From NCBI RefSeq assembly GCF_009914755.1, contig NC_060948.1: DNA of 64,000 nucleotides; one strand, written 5' to 3'. Numbering within the stretch: the first letter of the stretch is position 1; each line of letters starts with the position of its first letter. The position numbers and the translations under genes were made by a program. The notes beneath the pieces are model-generated. The model saw only the letters and a program-made list of their open reading frames with translations. It made no database searches and had not been told where the DNA came from. Of the stretch, positions 28,700 to 43,600 are shown piece by piece. The DNA comes from the human T2T-CHM13v2.0 reference genome, Homo sapiens.

Positions 28700-31600
28700 A
28701 ATGCCCTTGAATTAAATGGACTGGAATGGAATGGACTCGAACAGAGTGGAATGGAAAGTGTTGAGATAGAATGGAATGGACTCCTTTGGAATGCTGTAGT
28801 ATGCAATGCAATCGACTGGCAGGGAATCAAAAGGAATGTAATCGAATGGATTGGACTGGAATGCAATGGACTCGAATAGATTGGAAACGGAATGCAAAGG
28901 AATGGAATGGAATAGTATGGAATGGAATGGAAAGGAATGGAGTGGAATAGACTAGAGTGGAATGGAATGGACTGGAAAGCAATGGACTGGAATGGAACTT
29001 TCTTGAATGGACTGGAATCAAACGGAATGGAATGCAATGCAATCAAATGGCATGGAATAAAATAGAATGAAAGAGAATCAAATGGAATTGAATCAAATGG
29101 AATCGAATGGATTGGAAAGGAATAGAATGGAATGGAATGGAATTGACTCAAATGGAATGGACTAGAATGCAATGGATTCGAATGGAAGGCAAAGGAATGG
29201 AATCTATTGGAATGGACTGTAATGGAATGGAATGGAAGGGATTGGAATGGACTCGAATGGAATGGACTGCAATAGAAAGGATTCGAATGGAATGAAAAAG
29301 AATTGAATGGAATAGAACAGAATGGAATCAAATCGAATGAAATGGAATGGAATAGAAAGGAATGGAATGAAATGGAATGGAAAGGATTCGAATGGAATGC
29401 AATCGAATGGAATGGAATCGAACGGAATGGAATAAAATGGAAGAAAACTGGCAAGAAATGGAATCGAAATGAATGGAGTGTTATGGAACAGACTCAAAAG
29501 GAATTGAATGTAATAGAATGGAGTGGAGTGGACTCGAATATAATGGACTGGAATGGAATGAAATCACATGGAATGGGAACGAATGGAATGGAATGGAAAG
29601 GAATGGAATCGAATGGAAAGGAATCGAATGGAAGGGAATGAAATTGAATCAACAAGAATGGAAGGGAATAGAATAGACGGTAATGGAATGGACTCGAATA
29701 GAATGGACACGAATGCTCAAATTGAATGGACTCGAATGGAATGGAAACGAAAGGAATGTCATCGAATGGAATTGAATCGATTGGAATGAAATCGCATAGA
29801 ATGGAGTGGAATCAAATGGAATTGAATCGAAAGGAAAGGAAGCGAATGGACTGAAATGAAATGGAATGGAATTGAATGGAAAGTAATGCAATGGAATAGA
29901 ATGGAACGAAATTTCACGGAATGGAATCAAACTGAATGGAATCAAATCAATGGAATCTAATCAAATGGAATGGAAAGGAATTGAATGGAGTAGATTGGAT
30001 TGGATGGGATTGGAATGAAATGTACTGGAAAGGACTCGAATTTCATGAAACGGAATGGAATGAATTGGAACGGAACGGACTCGAATGGAATGGAATGTCA
30101 TGGAATGGCATCAAATGGAATGGCATCAAATGGAATGGAATCGAATGCAATGGAATGCTATGGAATGGAATGGAATGCATTGGAATGGAATGTCCTCAAA
30201 TGGAATGGATTCGAGTGGAATGGAATCGAATATAATGGAGTCGAATGAAATGGAATTGAAAGGAATGGGATCGAATAGAATGGAATATACTGAAATGTAA
30301 TGTAATGAACTCGAATGTAATTGACTGGAATGGAATGTACATGAATGGAATGTAATCGAATGGAAAGTAATCCAATGGAATAGAATCTAAAGCAATAAAA
30401 CCGACTCAGATAGAGTAGAATGTAATGGAATGGAGTGCAGTGCAATGGAATGGAATGGAATTGAATGCAATGGAATGGAATGGAATGGAATGGAATGGAA
30501 TGGAATGGGATGGAATGGTATGGAATGGATAGTAATGGACTGGAGTGAAATGGACTGGAAAGGAATGGACTCAAATTGAAAGGGCTCGAAAGGAATGGAG
30601 TCAAATGGAATGGTCTGGAATGGAATGAAAACGAATGTAATGCAATCCAATAGAATGGAAACGAATGGCATGGAATATAAAGAAATGGAATCGAAGAGAA
30701 TGGAAACAAATGGAATGGAATTGAATGGAATGGAATTGAATGGAATGGGAACGAATGGAGTGAAATTGTATGCAGTAGAAGGGAATAGAATGGAATGCAA
30801 GCGAAAGGAAAGGAATGGATTGGAATGGAATGGAATTCATTGGAATGGAAGGGAATGTAGTGTAATGGACAGGCCTGGAATAAAGTGGAATGCTACGGTC
30901 TCGAATGGAATAAAAATGTATGGAATGGAATGCAATGAAACGGAATCGAATGTCATAGAATGTAATGGAATGCAAAAAAATGGAATCCAAAATCATTGAC
31001 TGGAAAGGCTGGGTGTCGAAAGGAATTGACTCCAATGGAATGGAATCGAATGGAATGGAAGTGAATAGAATCGAACTAAATCGAATGGAATGGAATTGAT
31101 AGCAACGGAATGGAAAGGAATGCAATGATTTGGCATGGAATGGAATCGAATGGCATCGAATGGAATGGAATGGAATGCAATGGAATGGAATGTATTAGAA
31201 TGTAATGAACTTTAATGGAATGTACTCGAATGGATTCGACTGGAATGGAATGTTCTGGAAGTGAATGGACTCCAATGGAATGGATTCAAAAGGAATGGAA
31301 TCGTACGGAATGGAATCTAATGGAATGGAATTAAATGGAAATGAATCAAATTGAATAGCACGGAATTGAATTGAATGGAATCGAATGCAATGGAATCTAA
31401 TGAAACGGAAAGGAAAGGAATGCAATGGAATGGAATGGGCTGGAATGGAAAGGAATCGAAACGAATGGAATGGAATCGAACTGAAGAGACTGGAATGGAA
31501 TGCACTGGAATGGAAGGGAGTGTAATGGAAGGTTCTCGAAAAAAATGGAATCGAATGGAATGGAATTGAATGGAACGGAATAGAGTCGAATGGAATTGAA

Positions 31601-34600
31601 TGGAATGGAATGGACTAGAGTGAAATGGAATCGAACCACAAGGAATGGACAGGAATAGAATGGTCTCGAATTGAATGGAATCGTATGGAATGGCATCAAA
31701 CGGAATGGAATGGACAGCCACGGAATGGAATGCACTCGAATGCAATGGAGTCGAAACTAATGGACTGGAATAGAATGGACTCGACTGGTACGGACTCCAA
31801 TGGAAGGGAATCGAATGGAAGGGAATCGAACGGAATGGACTCGAAGGGAAAAGACTGCAATGGAAAGGTCTCGAATGGAATGGAAATTAATGGAATGGAA
31901 TGGAATCGAATGAAATGGAGTCAAAAGGAATGGAATCGAATGGCAAGAAATCGAATGTAATGGAATCGCAAGGAATTGATGTGAACGGAACGGAATGGAA
32001 TGGAATCCAAAGGAATGGAATAGAATGGAATGGAATCGAATGGAAAGGACTCGAATGGAAATCACTCGAATAGAATGCAATTTAATAAAATAGGATCAAA
32101 TGTAATGGAATGGAATGGAAAGGAATCGAAACGAAAGGAATGGAGACAGATGGAATGGAATGGAACAGAGAGCAATGGTATAGAATGGAATGGAATCATC
32201 TGGAATGGAATTGAATGGAATGGAATAATATGAAATGGAATGGAATGGAATGGAATGGAATGCCCTTGAATTAAATGGACTGGAATGGAATGGACTCGAA
32301 CAGAGTGGAATGGAAAGTGTTGAGATAGAATGGAATGGACTCCTTTGGAATGGTGTAGTATGCAATGCAATCGACTGGCAGGGAATCAAAAGGAATGTAA
32401 TCGAATGGATTGGACTGGAATGCAATGGACTCGAATAGATTGGAAACGGAATGCAAAGGAATGGAATGGAATAGTATGGAATGGAATGGAAAGGAATGGA
32501 GTGGAATAGACTAGAGTGGAATGGAATGGACTGGAAAGCAATGGACTGGAATGGAACTTTCTTGAATGGACTGGAATCAAACGGAATGGAATGCAATGCA
32601 ATCAAATGGCATGGAATAAAATAGAATGAAAGAGAATCAAATGGAATTGAATCAAATGGAATCGAATGGATTGGAAAGGAATAGAATGGAATGGAATGGA
32701 ATTGACTCAAATGGAATGGACTAGAATGGAATGGATTCGAATGGAAGGCAAAGGAATGGAATCTATTGGAATGGACTGTAATGGAATGGAATGGAAGGGA
32801 TTGGAATGGACTCGAATGGAATGGACTGCAATAGAAAGGATTCGAATGGAATGAAAAAGAATTGAATGGAATAGAACAGAATGGAATCAAATCGAATGAA
32901 ATGGAATGGAATAGAAAGGAATGGAATGAAATGGAATGGAAAGGATTCGAATGGAATGCAATCGAATGGAATGGAATCGAACGGAATGGAATAAAATGGA
33001 AGAAAACTGGCAAGAAATGGAATCGAAATGAATGGAGTGTTATGGAACAGACTCAAAAGGAATTGAATGTAATAGAATGGAGTGGAGTGGACTCGAATAT
33101 AATGGACTGGAATGGAATGAAATCACATGGAATGGGAACGAATGGAATGGAATGGAAAGGAATGGAATCGAATGGAAAGGAATCGTATGGAAGGGAATGA
33201 AATTGAATCAACAAGAATGGAAGGGAATAGAATAGACGGTAATGGAATGGACTCGAATAGAATGGACACGAATGCTCAAATTGAATGGACTCGAATGGAA
33301 TGGAAACGAAAGGAATGTCATCGAATGGAATTGAATCGATTGGAATGAAATCGCATAGAATGGAGTGGAATCAAATGGAATTGAATCGAAAGGAAAGGAA
33401 GCGAATGGACTGAAATGAAATGGAATGGAATTGAATGGAAAGTAATGCAATGGAATAGAATGGAACGAAATTTCACGGAATGGAATCAAACTGAATGGAA
33501 TCAAATCAATGGAATCTAATCAAATGGAATGGAAAGGAATTGAATGGAGTAGATTGGATTGGATGGGATTGGAATGAAATGTACTGGAAAGGACTCGAAT
33601 TTCATGAAACGGAATGGAATGAATTGGAACGGAACGGACTCGAATGGAATGGAATGTCATGGAATGGCATCAAATGGAATGGCATCAAATGGAATGGAAT
33701 CGAATGCAATGGAATGCTATGGAATGGAATGGAATGCATTGGAATGGAATGTCCTCAAATGGAATGGATTCGAGTGGAATGGAATCGAATATAATGGAGT
33801 CGAATGAAATGGAATTGAAAGGAATGGGATCGAATAGAATGGAATATACTGAAATGTAATGTAATGAACTCGAATGTAATTGACGGGAATGGAATGTACA
33901 TGAATGGAATGTAATCGAATGGAAAGTAATCCAATGGAATAGAATCTAATGCAATAAAACCGACTCAGATAGAGTAGAATGTAATGGAATGGAGTGCAGT
34001 GCAATGGAATGGAATGGAATTGAATGCAATGGAATGGAATGGAATGGAATGGAATGGAATGGAATGGGATGGAATGGTATGGAATGGATAGTAATGGACT
34101 GGAGTGAAATGGACTGGAAAGGAATGGACTCAAATTGAAAGGGCTCGAAAGGAATGGAGTCAAATGGAATGGTCTGGAATGGAATGAAAACGAATGTAAT
34201 GCAATCCAATAGAATGGAAACGAATGGCATGGAATATAAAGAAATGGAATCGAAGAGAATGGAAACAAATGGAATGGAATTGAATGGAATGGAATTGAAT
34301 GGAATGGGAACGAATGGAGTGAAATTGTATGCAGTAGAAGGGAATAGAATGGAATGCAAGCGAAAGGAAAGGAATGGATTGGAATGGAATGGAATTCATT
34401 GGAATGGAAGGGAATGTAGTGTAATGGACAGGCCTGGAATAAAGTGGAATGCTACGGTCTCGAATGGAATAAAAATGTATGGAATGGAATGCAATGAAAC
34501 GGAATCGAATGTCATAGAATGTAATGGAATGCAAAAAAATGGAATCCAAAATCATTGACTGGAAAGGCTGGGTGTCGAAAGGAATTGACTCCAATGGAAT

Positions 34601-37600
34601 GGAATCGAATGGAATGGAAGTGAATAGAATCGAACTAAATCGAATGGAATGGAATTGATAGGAACGGAATGGAAAGGAATGCAATGATTTGGCATGGAAT
34701 GGAATCGAATGGCATCGAATGGAATGGAATGGAATGCAATGGAATGGAATGTATTAGAATGTAATGAACTTTAATGGAATGTACTCGAATGGATTCGACT
34801 GGAATGGAATGTTCTGGAAGTGAATGGACTCCAATGGAATGGATTCAAAAGGAATGGAATCGTACGGAATGGAATCTAATGGAATGGAATTAAATGGAAA
34901 TGAATCAAATTGAATAGCACGGAATTGAATTGAATGGAATCGAATGCAATGGAATCTAATGAAACGGAAAGGAAAGGAATGCAATGGAATGGAATGGGCT
35001 GGAATGGAAAGGAATCGAAACGAATGGAATGGAATCGAACTGAAGAGACTGGAATGGAATGCACTGGAATGGAAGGGAGTGTAATGGAAGGTTCTCGAAA
35101 AAAATGGAATCGAATGGAATGGAATTGAATGGAACGGAATAGAGTCGAATGGAATTGAATGGAATGGAATGGACTAGAGTGAAATGGAATCGAACCACAA
35201 GGAATGGACAGGAATAGAATGGTCTCGAATTGAATGGAATCGTATGGAATGGCATCAAACGGAATGGAATGGACAGCCACGGAATGGAATGCACTCGAAT
35301 GCAATGGAGTCGAAACTAATGGACTGGAATAGAATGGACTCGACTGGTACGGACTCCAATGGAAGGGAATCGAATGGAAGGGAATCGAACGGAATGGACT
35401 CGAAGGGAAAAGACTGCAATGGAAAGGTCTCGAATGGAATGGAAATTAATGGAATGGAATGGAATCGAATGAAATGGAGTCAAAAGCAATGGAATCGAAT
35501 GGCAAGAAATCGAATGTAATGGAATCGCAAGGAATTGATGTGAACGGAACGGAATGGAATGGAATCCAAAGGAATGGAATAGAATGGAATGGAATCGAAT
35601 GGAAAGGACTCGAATGGAAATCACTCGAATAGAATGCAATTTAATAAAATAGGATCAAATGTAATGGAATGGAATGGAAAGGAATCGAAACGAAAGGAAT
35701 GGAGACAGATGGAATGGAATAGAACAGAGAGCAATGGTATAGAATGGAATGGAATCATCTGGAATGGAATTGAATGGAATGGAATAATATGAAATGGAAT
35801 GGAATGGAATGGAATGGAATGCCCTTGAATTAAATGGACTGGAATGGAATGGACTCGAACAGAGTGGAATGGAAAGTGTTGAGATAGAATGGAATGGACT
35901 CCTTTGGAATGGTGTAGTATGCAATGCAATCGACTGGCAGGGAATCAAAAGGAATGTAATCGAATGGATTGGACTGGAATGCAATGGACTCGAATAGATT
36001 GCAAACGGAATGCAAAGGAATGGAATGGAATAGTATGGAATGGAATGGAAAGGAATGGAGTGGAATAGACTAGAGTGGAATGGAATGGACTGGAAAGCAA
36101 TGGACTGGAATGGAACTTTCTTGAATGGACTGGAATCAAACGGAATGGAATGCAATGCAATCAAATGGCATGGAATAAAATAGAATGAAAGAGAATCAAA
36201 TGGAATTGAATCGAATGGAATCGAATGGATTGGAAAGAATAGAATGTAATGGAATGGAATTGACTCAAATGGAATGGACTAGAATGGAATGGATTCGAAT
36301 GGAAGGCAAAGGAATGGAATCTATTGGAATGGACTGTAATGGAATGGAATGGAAGGGATTGGAATGGACTCAAATGGAATGGACTGCAATAGAAAGGATT
36401 CGAATGGAATGAAAAAGAATTGAATGGAATAGAACAGAATGGAATGAAATCGAATGAAATGGAATGGAATAGAAAGGAATGGAATGAAATGGAATGGAAA
36501 GGATTCGAATGGAATGCAATCGAATGGAATGGAATCGAACGGAATGGAATAAAATGGAAGAAAACTGGCAAGAAATGGAATCGAAATGAATGGAGTGTTA
36601 TGGAACGGACTCAAAAGGAATTGAATGTAATAGAATGGAGTGGAGTGGACTCGAATATAATGGACTGGAATGGAATGAAATCACATGGAATGGGAACGAA
36701 TGGAATGGAATGGAAAGGAATGGAATCGAATGGAAAGGAATCGAATGGAAGGGAATGAAATTGAATCAACAGGAATGGAAGGGAATAGAATAGACGGTAA
36801 TGGAATGGACTCGAATAGAATGGACACGAATGCTCAAATTGAATGGACTCGAATGGAATGGAAACGAAAGGAATGTCATCGAATGGAATTGAATCGATTG
36901 GAATGAAATCGCATAGAATGGAGTGGAATCAAATGGAATTGAATCGAAAGGAAAGGAAGCGAATGGACTGAAATGAAATGGAATGGAATTGAATGGAAAG
37001 TTATGTAATAGAATAGAATGGAACGAAATTTCACGGAATGGAATCAAACTGAATGGAATCAAATCAATGGAATCAAATCAAATGGAATGGAAAGGAATTG
37101 AATGGAGTAGATTGGATTGGATGGGATTGGAATGAAATGTACTGGAAAGGACTCGAATTTCATGAAACGGAATGCAATGAATTGGAACGGAACGGACTCG
37201 AATGGAATGGAATGTCATGGAATGGCATCAAATGGAATGGCATCAAATGGAATGGAATCGAATGCAATGGAATGCTATGGAATGGAATGGAATGCATTGG
37301 AATGGAATGTCCTCTAATGGAATGGATTCGAGTGGAATGGAATCGAATATAATGGAGTCGAATGAAATGGAATTGAAAGGAATGGGATCGAATACAATGC
37401 AATATACTGGAATGTAATGTAATGAACTCGAATGTAATTGACTGGAATGGAATGTACATGAATGGAATGTAATCGAATGGAAAGTAATCCAATGGAATAG
37501 AATCTAATGCAATAAAATCGACTCAGATAGAGTAGAATGTAATGGAATGGAGTGCAGTGCCATGGAATGGAATGGAATGGAATGGAATGGAATGGAATGG

Positions 37601-40600
37601 AATGCAATGGAATGGAATGGAATGGAATGGGATGGAATGGTGTGGAATGGATAGTAATGGACTGGAGTGAAATGGACTGGAAAGGAATGGACTCAAATTG
37701 AAAGGGCTCGAAAGGAATGGAGTCAAATGGAATGGTCTGGAATGGAATGAACACGAATGTAATGCAATCCAATAGAATGGAATCGAATGGCATGGAATAT
37801 AAAGAAATGGAATCGAAGAGAATGGAAACAAATGGAATGGAATTGAATGGAATGGAATTGAATGGAATGGGAACGAATGGAGTGAAATTGTATGCAGTAG
37901 AAGAGAATAGAATGGAATGCAAGCGAAAGGAAAGGAATGGATTGGAATGGAATGGAATTCATTGGAATGGAAGGGAATGTAGTGTAATGGACAGGCCTGG
38001 AATAAAGTGGAATGCTACGGTCTCGAATGGAATAAAAATGTATGGAATGGAATGCAATGAAACGGAATCGAATGTCATAGAATGTAATGGAATGCAACAA
38101 AATGGAATCCAAAATCATTGACTGGAAAGGCTGGGTGTCGAAAGGAATTGACTCCAATGGAATGGAATCGAATGGAATGGAAGAGAATAGAATCGAACTA
38201 AATCGAATGGAATGGAATTGATAGGAACGGAATGGAAAGGAATGCAATGATTTGGCATGGAATGGAATCGAATGGCATCGAATGGAATGGAATGGAATGC
38301 AATGGAATGGAATGTATTAGAATGTAATGAACTTTAATGGAATGTACTCGAATGGAATCGACTGGAATGGAATGTTCTGGAAGTGAATGGACTCCAATGG
38401 AATGGATTCAAAAGGAATGGAATCGTACGGAATGGAATCTAATGGAATGGAATTAAATGGAAATGAATCAAACTGAATAGAACGGAATTTAATTGAATGG
38501 AATCGAATGCAATGGAATCTAATGAAACGGAAAGGAAAGGAATGGAATGGAATGGAATGGGCTGGAATGGAAAGGAATCGAAACGAATGGAATGGAATCG
38601 AACTGAAGAGACTGGAATGGAATGCACTGGATGGAAGGGAGTGTAATGGAAGGTTCTCGAAAAAAATGGAATCGAATGGAATGGAATTGAATGGAACGGA
38701 ATAGAGTCGAATGGAATTGAATGGAATGGAATGGACTAGAGTGAAATGGAATCGAACCACAAGGAATGGACAGGAATAGAATGGTCTCGAATTGAATGGA
38801 ATCGTATGGAATGGCATCAAACGGAATGGAATGGACAGCCACGGAATGGAATGCACTCGAATGCAATGGAGTCGAAACTAATGGACTGGAATAGAATGGA
38901 CTCGACTGGTACGGACTCCAATGGAATGGAATCGAATGGAAGGGAATCGAACGGAATGGACTCGAAGGGAAAAGACTGCAATGGAGAGGTCTCGAATGGA
39001 ATGGAAATTAATGGAATGGAATGGAATCGAATGAAATGGAGTCAAAAGGAATGGAATCGAATGGCAAGAAATCGAATGTAATGGAATCGCAAGGAATTGA
39101 TGTGAACGGAACGGAATGGAATGGAATCCAAAGGAATGGAATAGAATGGAATGGAATCGAATGGAAAGGACTCGAATGGAAATCACTCGAATAGAATGCA
39201 ATTTAATAAAATAGGATCAAATGTAATGGAATGGAATGGAAAGGAATCGAAACGAAAGGAATGGAGACAGATGGAATGGAATGGAACAGAGAGCAATGGT
39301 ATAGAATGGAATGGAATCATCTGGAATGGAATTGAATGGAATGGAATAACATGAAATGGACTGGAATGGAATGGAATGCCCTTGAATTAAATGGACTGGA
39401 ATGGAATGGACTCGAACAGAGTGGAATGGAAAGTGTTGAAATAGAATGGAATGGACTGGTTTGGAATGGTCTAGTATGCAATGCAATCGACTGGCAGGGA
39501 ATCAAAAGGAATGTAATCGAATGGATTGGACTGGAATGCAATGGACTCGAATAGATTGGAAACGGAATGCAAAGGAATGGAATGGAATAGTATGGAATGG
39601 AATGGAAAGGAATGGAGTGGAATAGACTAGAGTGGAATGGAATGGACTCGAAAGCAATGGACTGGAATGGAACTTTCTTGAATGGACTGGAATCAAACGG
39701 AATGGAATGCAATGCAATCAAATGGCATGGAATAAAATAGAATGAAAGAGAATCAAATGGAATTGAATCGAATGGAATCGAATGGATTGGAAAGGAATAG
39801 AATGGAATGGAATGGAATTGACTCAAATGGAATGGACTAGAATGGAATGGATTCGAATGGAAGGCAAAGGAATGGAATCTATTGGAATGGACTGTAATGG
39901 AATGGAATGGAAGGGATTGGAATGGACTCGAATGGAATGGACTGCAATAGAAAGGATTCGAATGGAATGAAAAAGAATTGAATGGAATAGAACAGAATGG
40001 AATCAAATCGAATGAAATGGAATGGAATAGAAAGGAATGGAATGAAATGGAATGGAAAGGATTCGAATGGAATGCAATCGAATGGAATGGAATCGAACGG
40101 AATGGAATAAAATGGAAGAAAACTGGCAAGAAATGGAATCGAAATGAATGGAGTGTTATGGAACGGACTCAAAAGGAATTGAATGTAATAGAATGGAGTG
40201 GAGTGGACTCGAATATAATGGACTGGAATGGAATGAAATCACATGGAATGGGAACGAATGGAATGGAATGGAAAGGAATGGAATCGAATGGAAAGGAATC
40301 GAATGGAAGGGAATGAAATTGAATCAACAGGAATGGAAGGGAATAGAATAGACGGTAATGGAATGGACTCGAATAGAATGGACACAAATGCTCAAATTGA
40401 ATGGACTCGAATGGAATGGAAACGAAAGGAATGTCATCGAATGGAATTGAATCGATTGGAATGAAATAGCATAGAATGGAGTGGAATCAAATGGAATTGA
40501 ATCGAAAGGAAAGGAAGCGAATGGACTGAAATGAAATGGAATGGAATTGAATGGAAAGTTATGTAATGGAATAGAATGGAACGAAATTTCACGGAATGCA

Positions 40601-43600
40601 ATCAAACTGAATGGAATCAAATCAATGGAATCAAATCAAATGGAATGGAAAGGAATTGAATGGAGTAGATTGGATTGGATGGGATTGGAATGAAATGTAC
40701 TGGAAAGGACTCGAATTTCATGAAACGGAATGGAATGAATTGGAACGGAACGGACTCGAATGGAATGGAATGTCATGGAATGGCATCAAATGGAATGGCA
40801 TCAAATGGAATGGAATCCAATGCAATGGAGTGCTATGGAATGGAATGGAATGCATTGGAATGGAATGTCCTCTAATGGAATGGATTCGAGTGGAATGGAA
40901 TCGAATATAATGGAGTCGAATGAAATGGAATTGAAAGGAATGGGATCGAATACAATGGAATATACTGGAATGTAATGTAATGAACTCGAATGTAATTGAC
41001 TGGAATGGAATGTATATGAATGGAATGTAATTGAATGGAAAGTAATCCAATGGAATAGAATCTAATGCAATAAAATCGACTCAGATAGAGTAGAATGTAA
41101 TGGAATGGAGTGCAGTGCAATGGAATGGAATGGAATGGAATGCAATGGAATGGAATGGAATGGAATGGAATGGGATGGAATGGTGTGGAATGGATAGTAA
41201 TGGACTGGAGTGAAATGGACTGGAAAGGAATGGCCTCAAATTGAAAGGGCTCGAAAGGAATGGAGTCAAATGGAATGGTCTGGAATGGAATGAACACGAA
41301 TGTAATGCAATCCAATAGAATGGAATCGAATGGCATGGAATATAAAGAAATGGAATCGAAGAGAATGGAAACAAATGGAATGGAATTGAATGGAATGGAA
41401 TTGAATGGAATGGGAACGAATGGAGTGAAATTGTATGCAGTAGAAGAGAATAGAATGGAATGCAAGCGAAAGGAAAGGAATGGATTGGAATGGAATGGAA
41501 TTCATTGGAATGGAAGGGAATGTAGTGTAATGGACAGGCCTGGAATAAAGTGGAATGCTACGGTCTCGAATGGAATAAAAATGTATGGAATGGAATGCAA
41601 TGAAACGGAATCGAATGTCATAGAATGTAATGGAATGCAAAAAAATGGAATCCAAAATCATTGACTGGAAAGGCTGGGTGTCGAAAGGAATTGACTCCAA
41701 TGGAATGGAATCGAATGGAATGGAAGTGAATAGAATCGAACTAAATCGAATGGAATGGAATTGATAGGAACGGAATGGAAAGGAATGCAATGATTTGGCA
41801 TGGAATGCAATCGAATGGCATCGAATGGAATGGAATGGAATGCAATGGAATGGAATGTATTAGAATGTAATGAACTTTAATGGTATGTACTCGAATGGAT
41901 TCGACTGGAATGGAATGTTCTGGAAGTGAATGGACTCCAATGGAATGGATTCAAAAGGAATGGAATCGTACGGAATGGAATCTAATGGAATGGAATTAAA
42001 TGGAAATGAATCAAATTGAATAGCACGGAATTGAATTGAATGGAATCGAATGCAATGGAATCTAATGAAACGGAAAGGAAAGGAATGGAATGGAATGGAA
42101 TGGGCTGGAATGGAAAGGAATCGAAACGAATGGAATGGAATCGAACTGAAGAGACTGGAATGGAATGCACTGGAATGGAAGGGAGTGTAATGGAAGGTTC
42201 TCGAAAAAAATGGAATCGAATGGAATGGAATTGAATGGAACGGAATAGAGTCGAATGGAATTGAATGGAATGGAATGGACTAGAGTGAAATGGAATCGAA
42301 CCACAAGGAATGGACAGGAATAGAATGGTCTCGAATTGAATGGAATCGTATGGAATGGCATCAAACGGAATGGAATGGACAGCCACGGAATGGAATGCAC
42401 TCGAATGCAATGGAGTCGAAACTAATGGACTGGAATAGAATGGACTCGACTGGTACGGACTCCAATGGAATGGAATCGAATGGAAGGGAATCGAACGGAA
42501 TGGACTCGAAGGGAAAAGACTGCAATGGAGAGGTCTCGAATGGAATGGAAATTAATGGAATGGAATGGAATCGAATGAAATGGAGTCAAAAGGAATGGAA
42601 TCGAATGGCAAGAAATCGAATGTAATGGAATCGCAAGGAATTGATGTGAACGGAACGGAATGGAATGGAATCCAAAGGAATGGAATAGAATGGAATGGAA
42701 TCGAATGGAAAGGACTCGAATGGAAATCACTCGAATAGAATGCAATTTAATAAAATAGGATCAAATGTAATGGAATGGAATGGAAAGGAATCGAAACGAA
42801 AGGAATGGAGACAGATGGAATGGAATGGAACAGAGAGCAATGGTATAGAATGGAATGGAATCATCTGGAATGGAATTGAATGGAATGGAATAACATGAAA
42901 TGGACTGGAATGGAATGGAATGCCCTTGAATTAAATGGACTGGAATGGAATGGACTCGAACAGAGTGGAATGTAAAGTGTTGAAATAGAATGGAATGGAC
43001 TGGTTTGGAATGGTCTAGTATGCAATGCAATCGACTGGCAGGGAATCAAAAGTAATGTAATCGAATGGATTGGACTGGAATGCAATGGACTCGAATAGAT
43101 TGGAAACGGAATGCAAAGGAATGGAATGGAATAGTATGGAATGGAATGGAAAGGAATGGAGTGGAATAGACTAGAGTGGAATGGAATGGACTCGAAAGCA
43201 ATGGACTGGAATGGAACTTTCTTGAATGGACTGGAATCAAACGGAATGGAATGCAATGCAATCAAATGGCATGGAATAAAATAGAATGAAAGAGAATCAA
43301 ATGGAATTGAATCAAATGGAATCGAATGGATTGGAAAGGAATAGAATGGAATGGAATGGAATTGACTCAAATGGAATGGACTAGAATGGAATGGATTCGA
43401 ATGGAAGGCAAAGGAATGGAATCTATTGGAATGGACTGTAATGGAATGGAATGGAAGGGATTGGAATGGACTCGAATGGAATGGACTGCAATAGAAAGGA
43501 TTCGAATGGAATGAAAAAGAATTGAATGGAATAGAACAGAATGGAATCAAATCGAATGAAATGGAATGGAATAGAAAGGAATGGAATGAAATGGAATGGA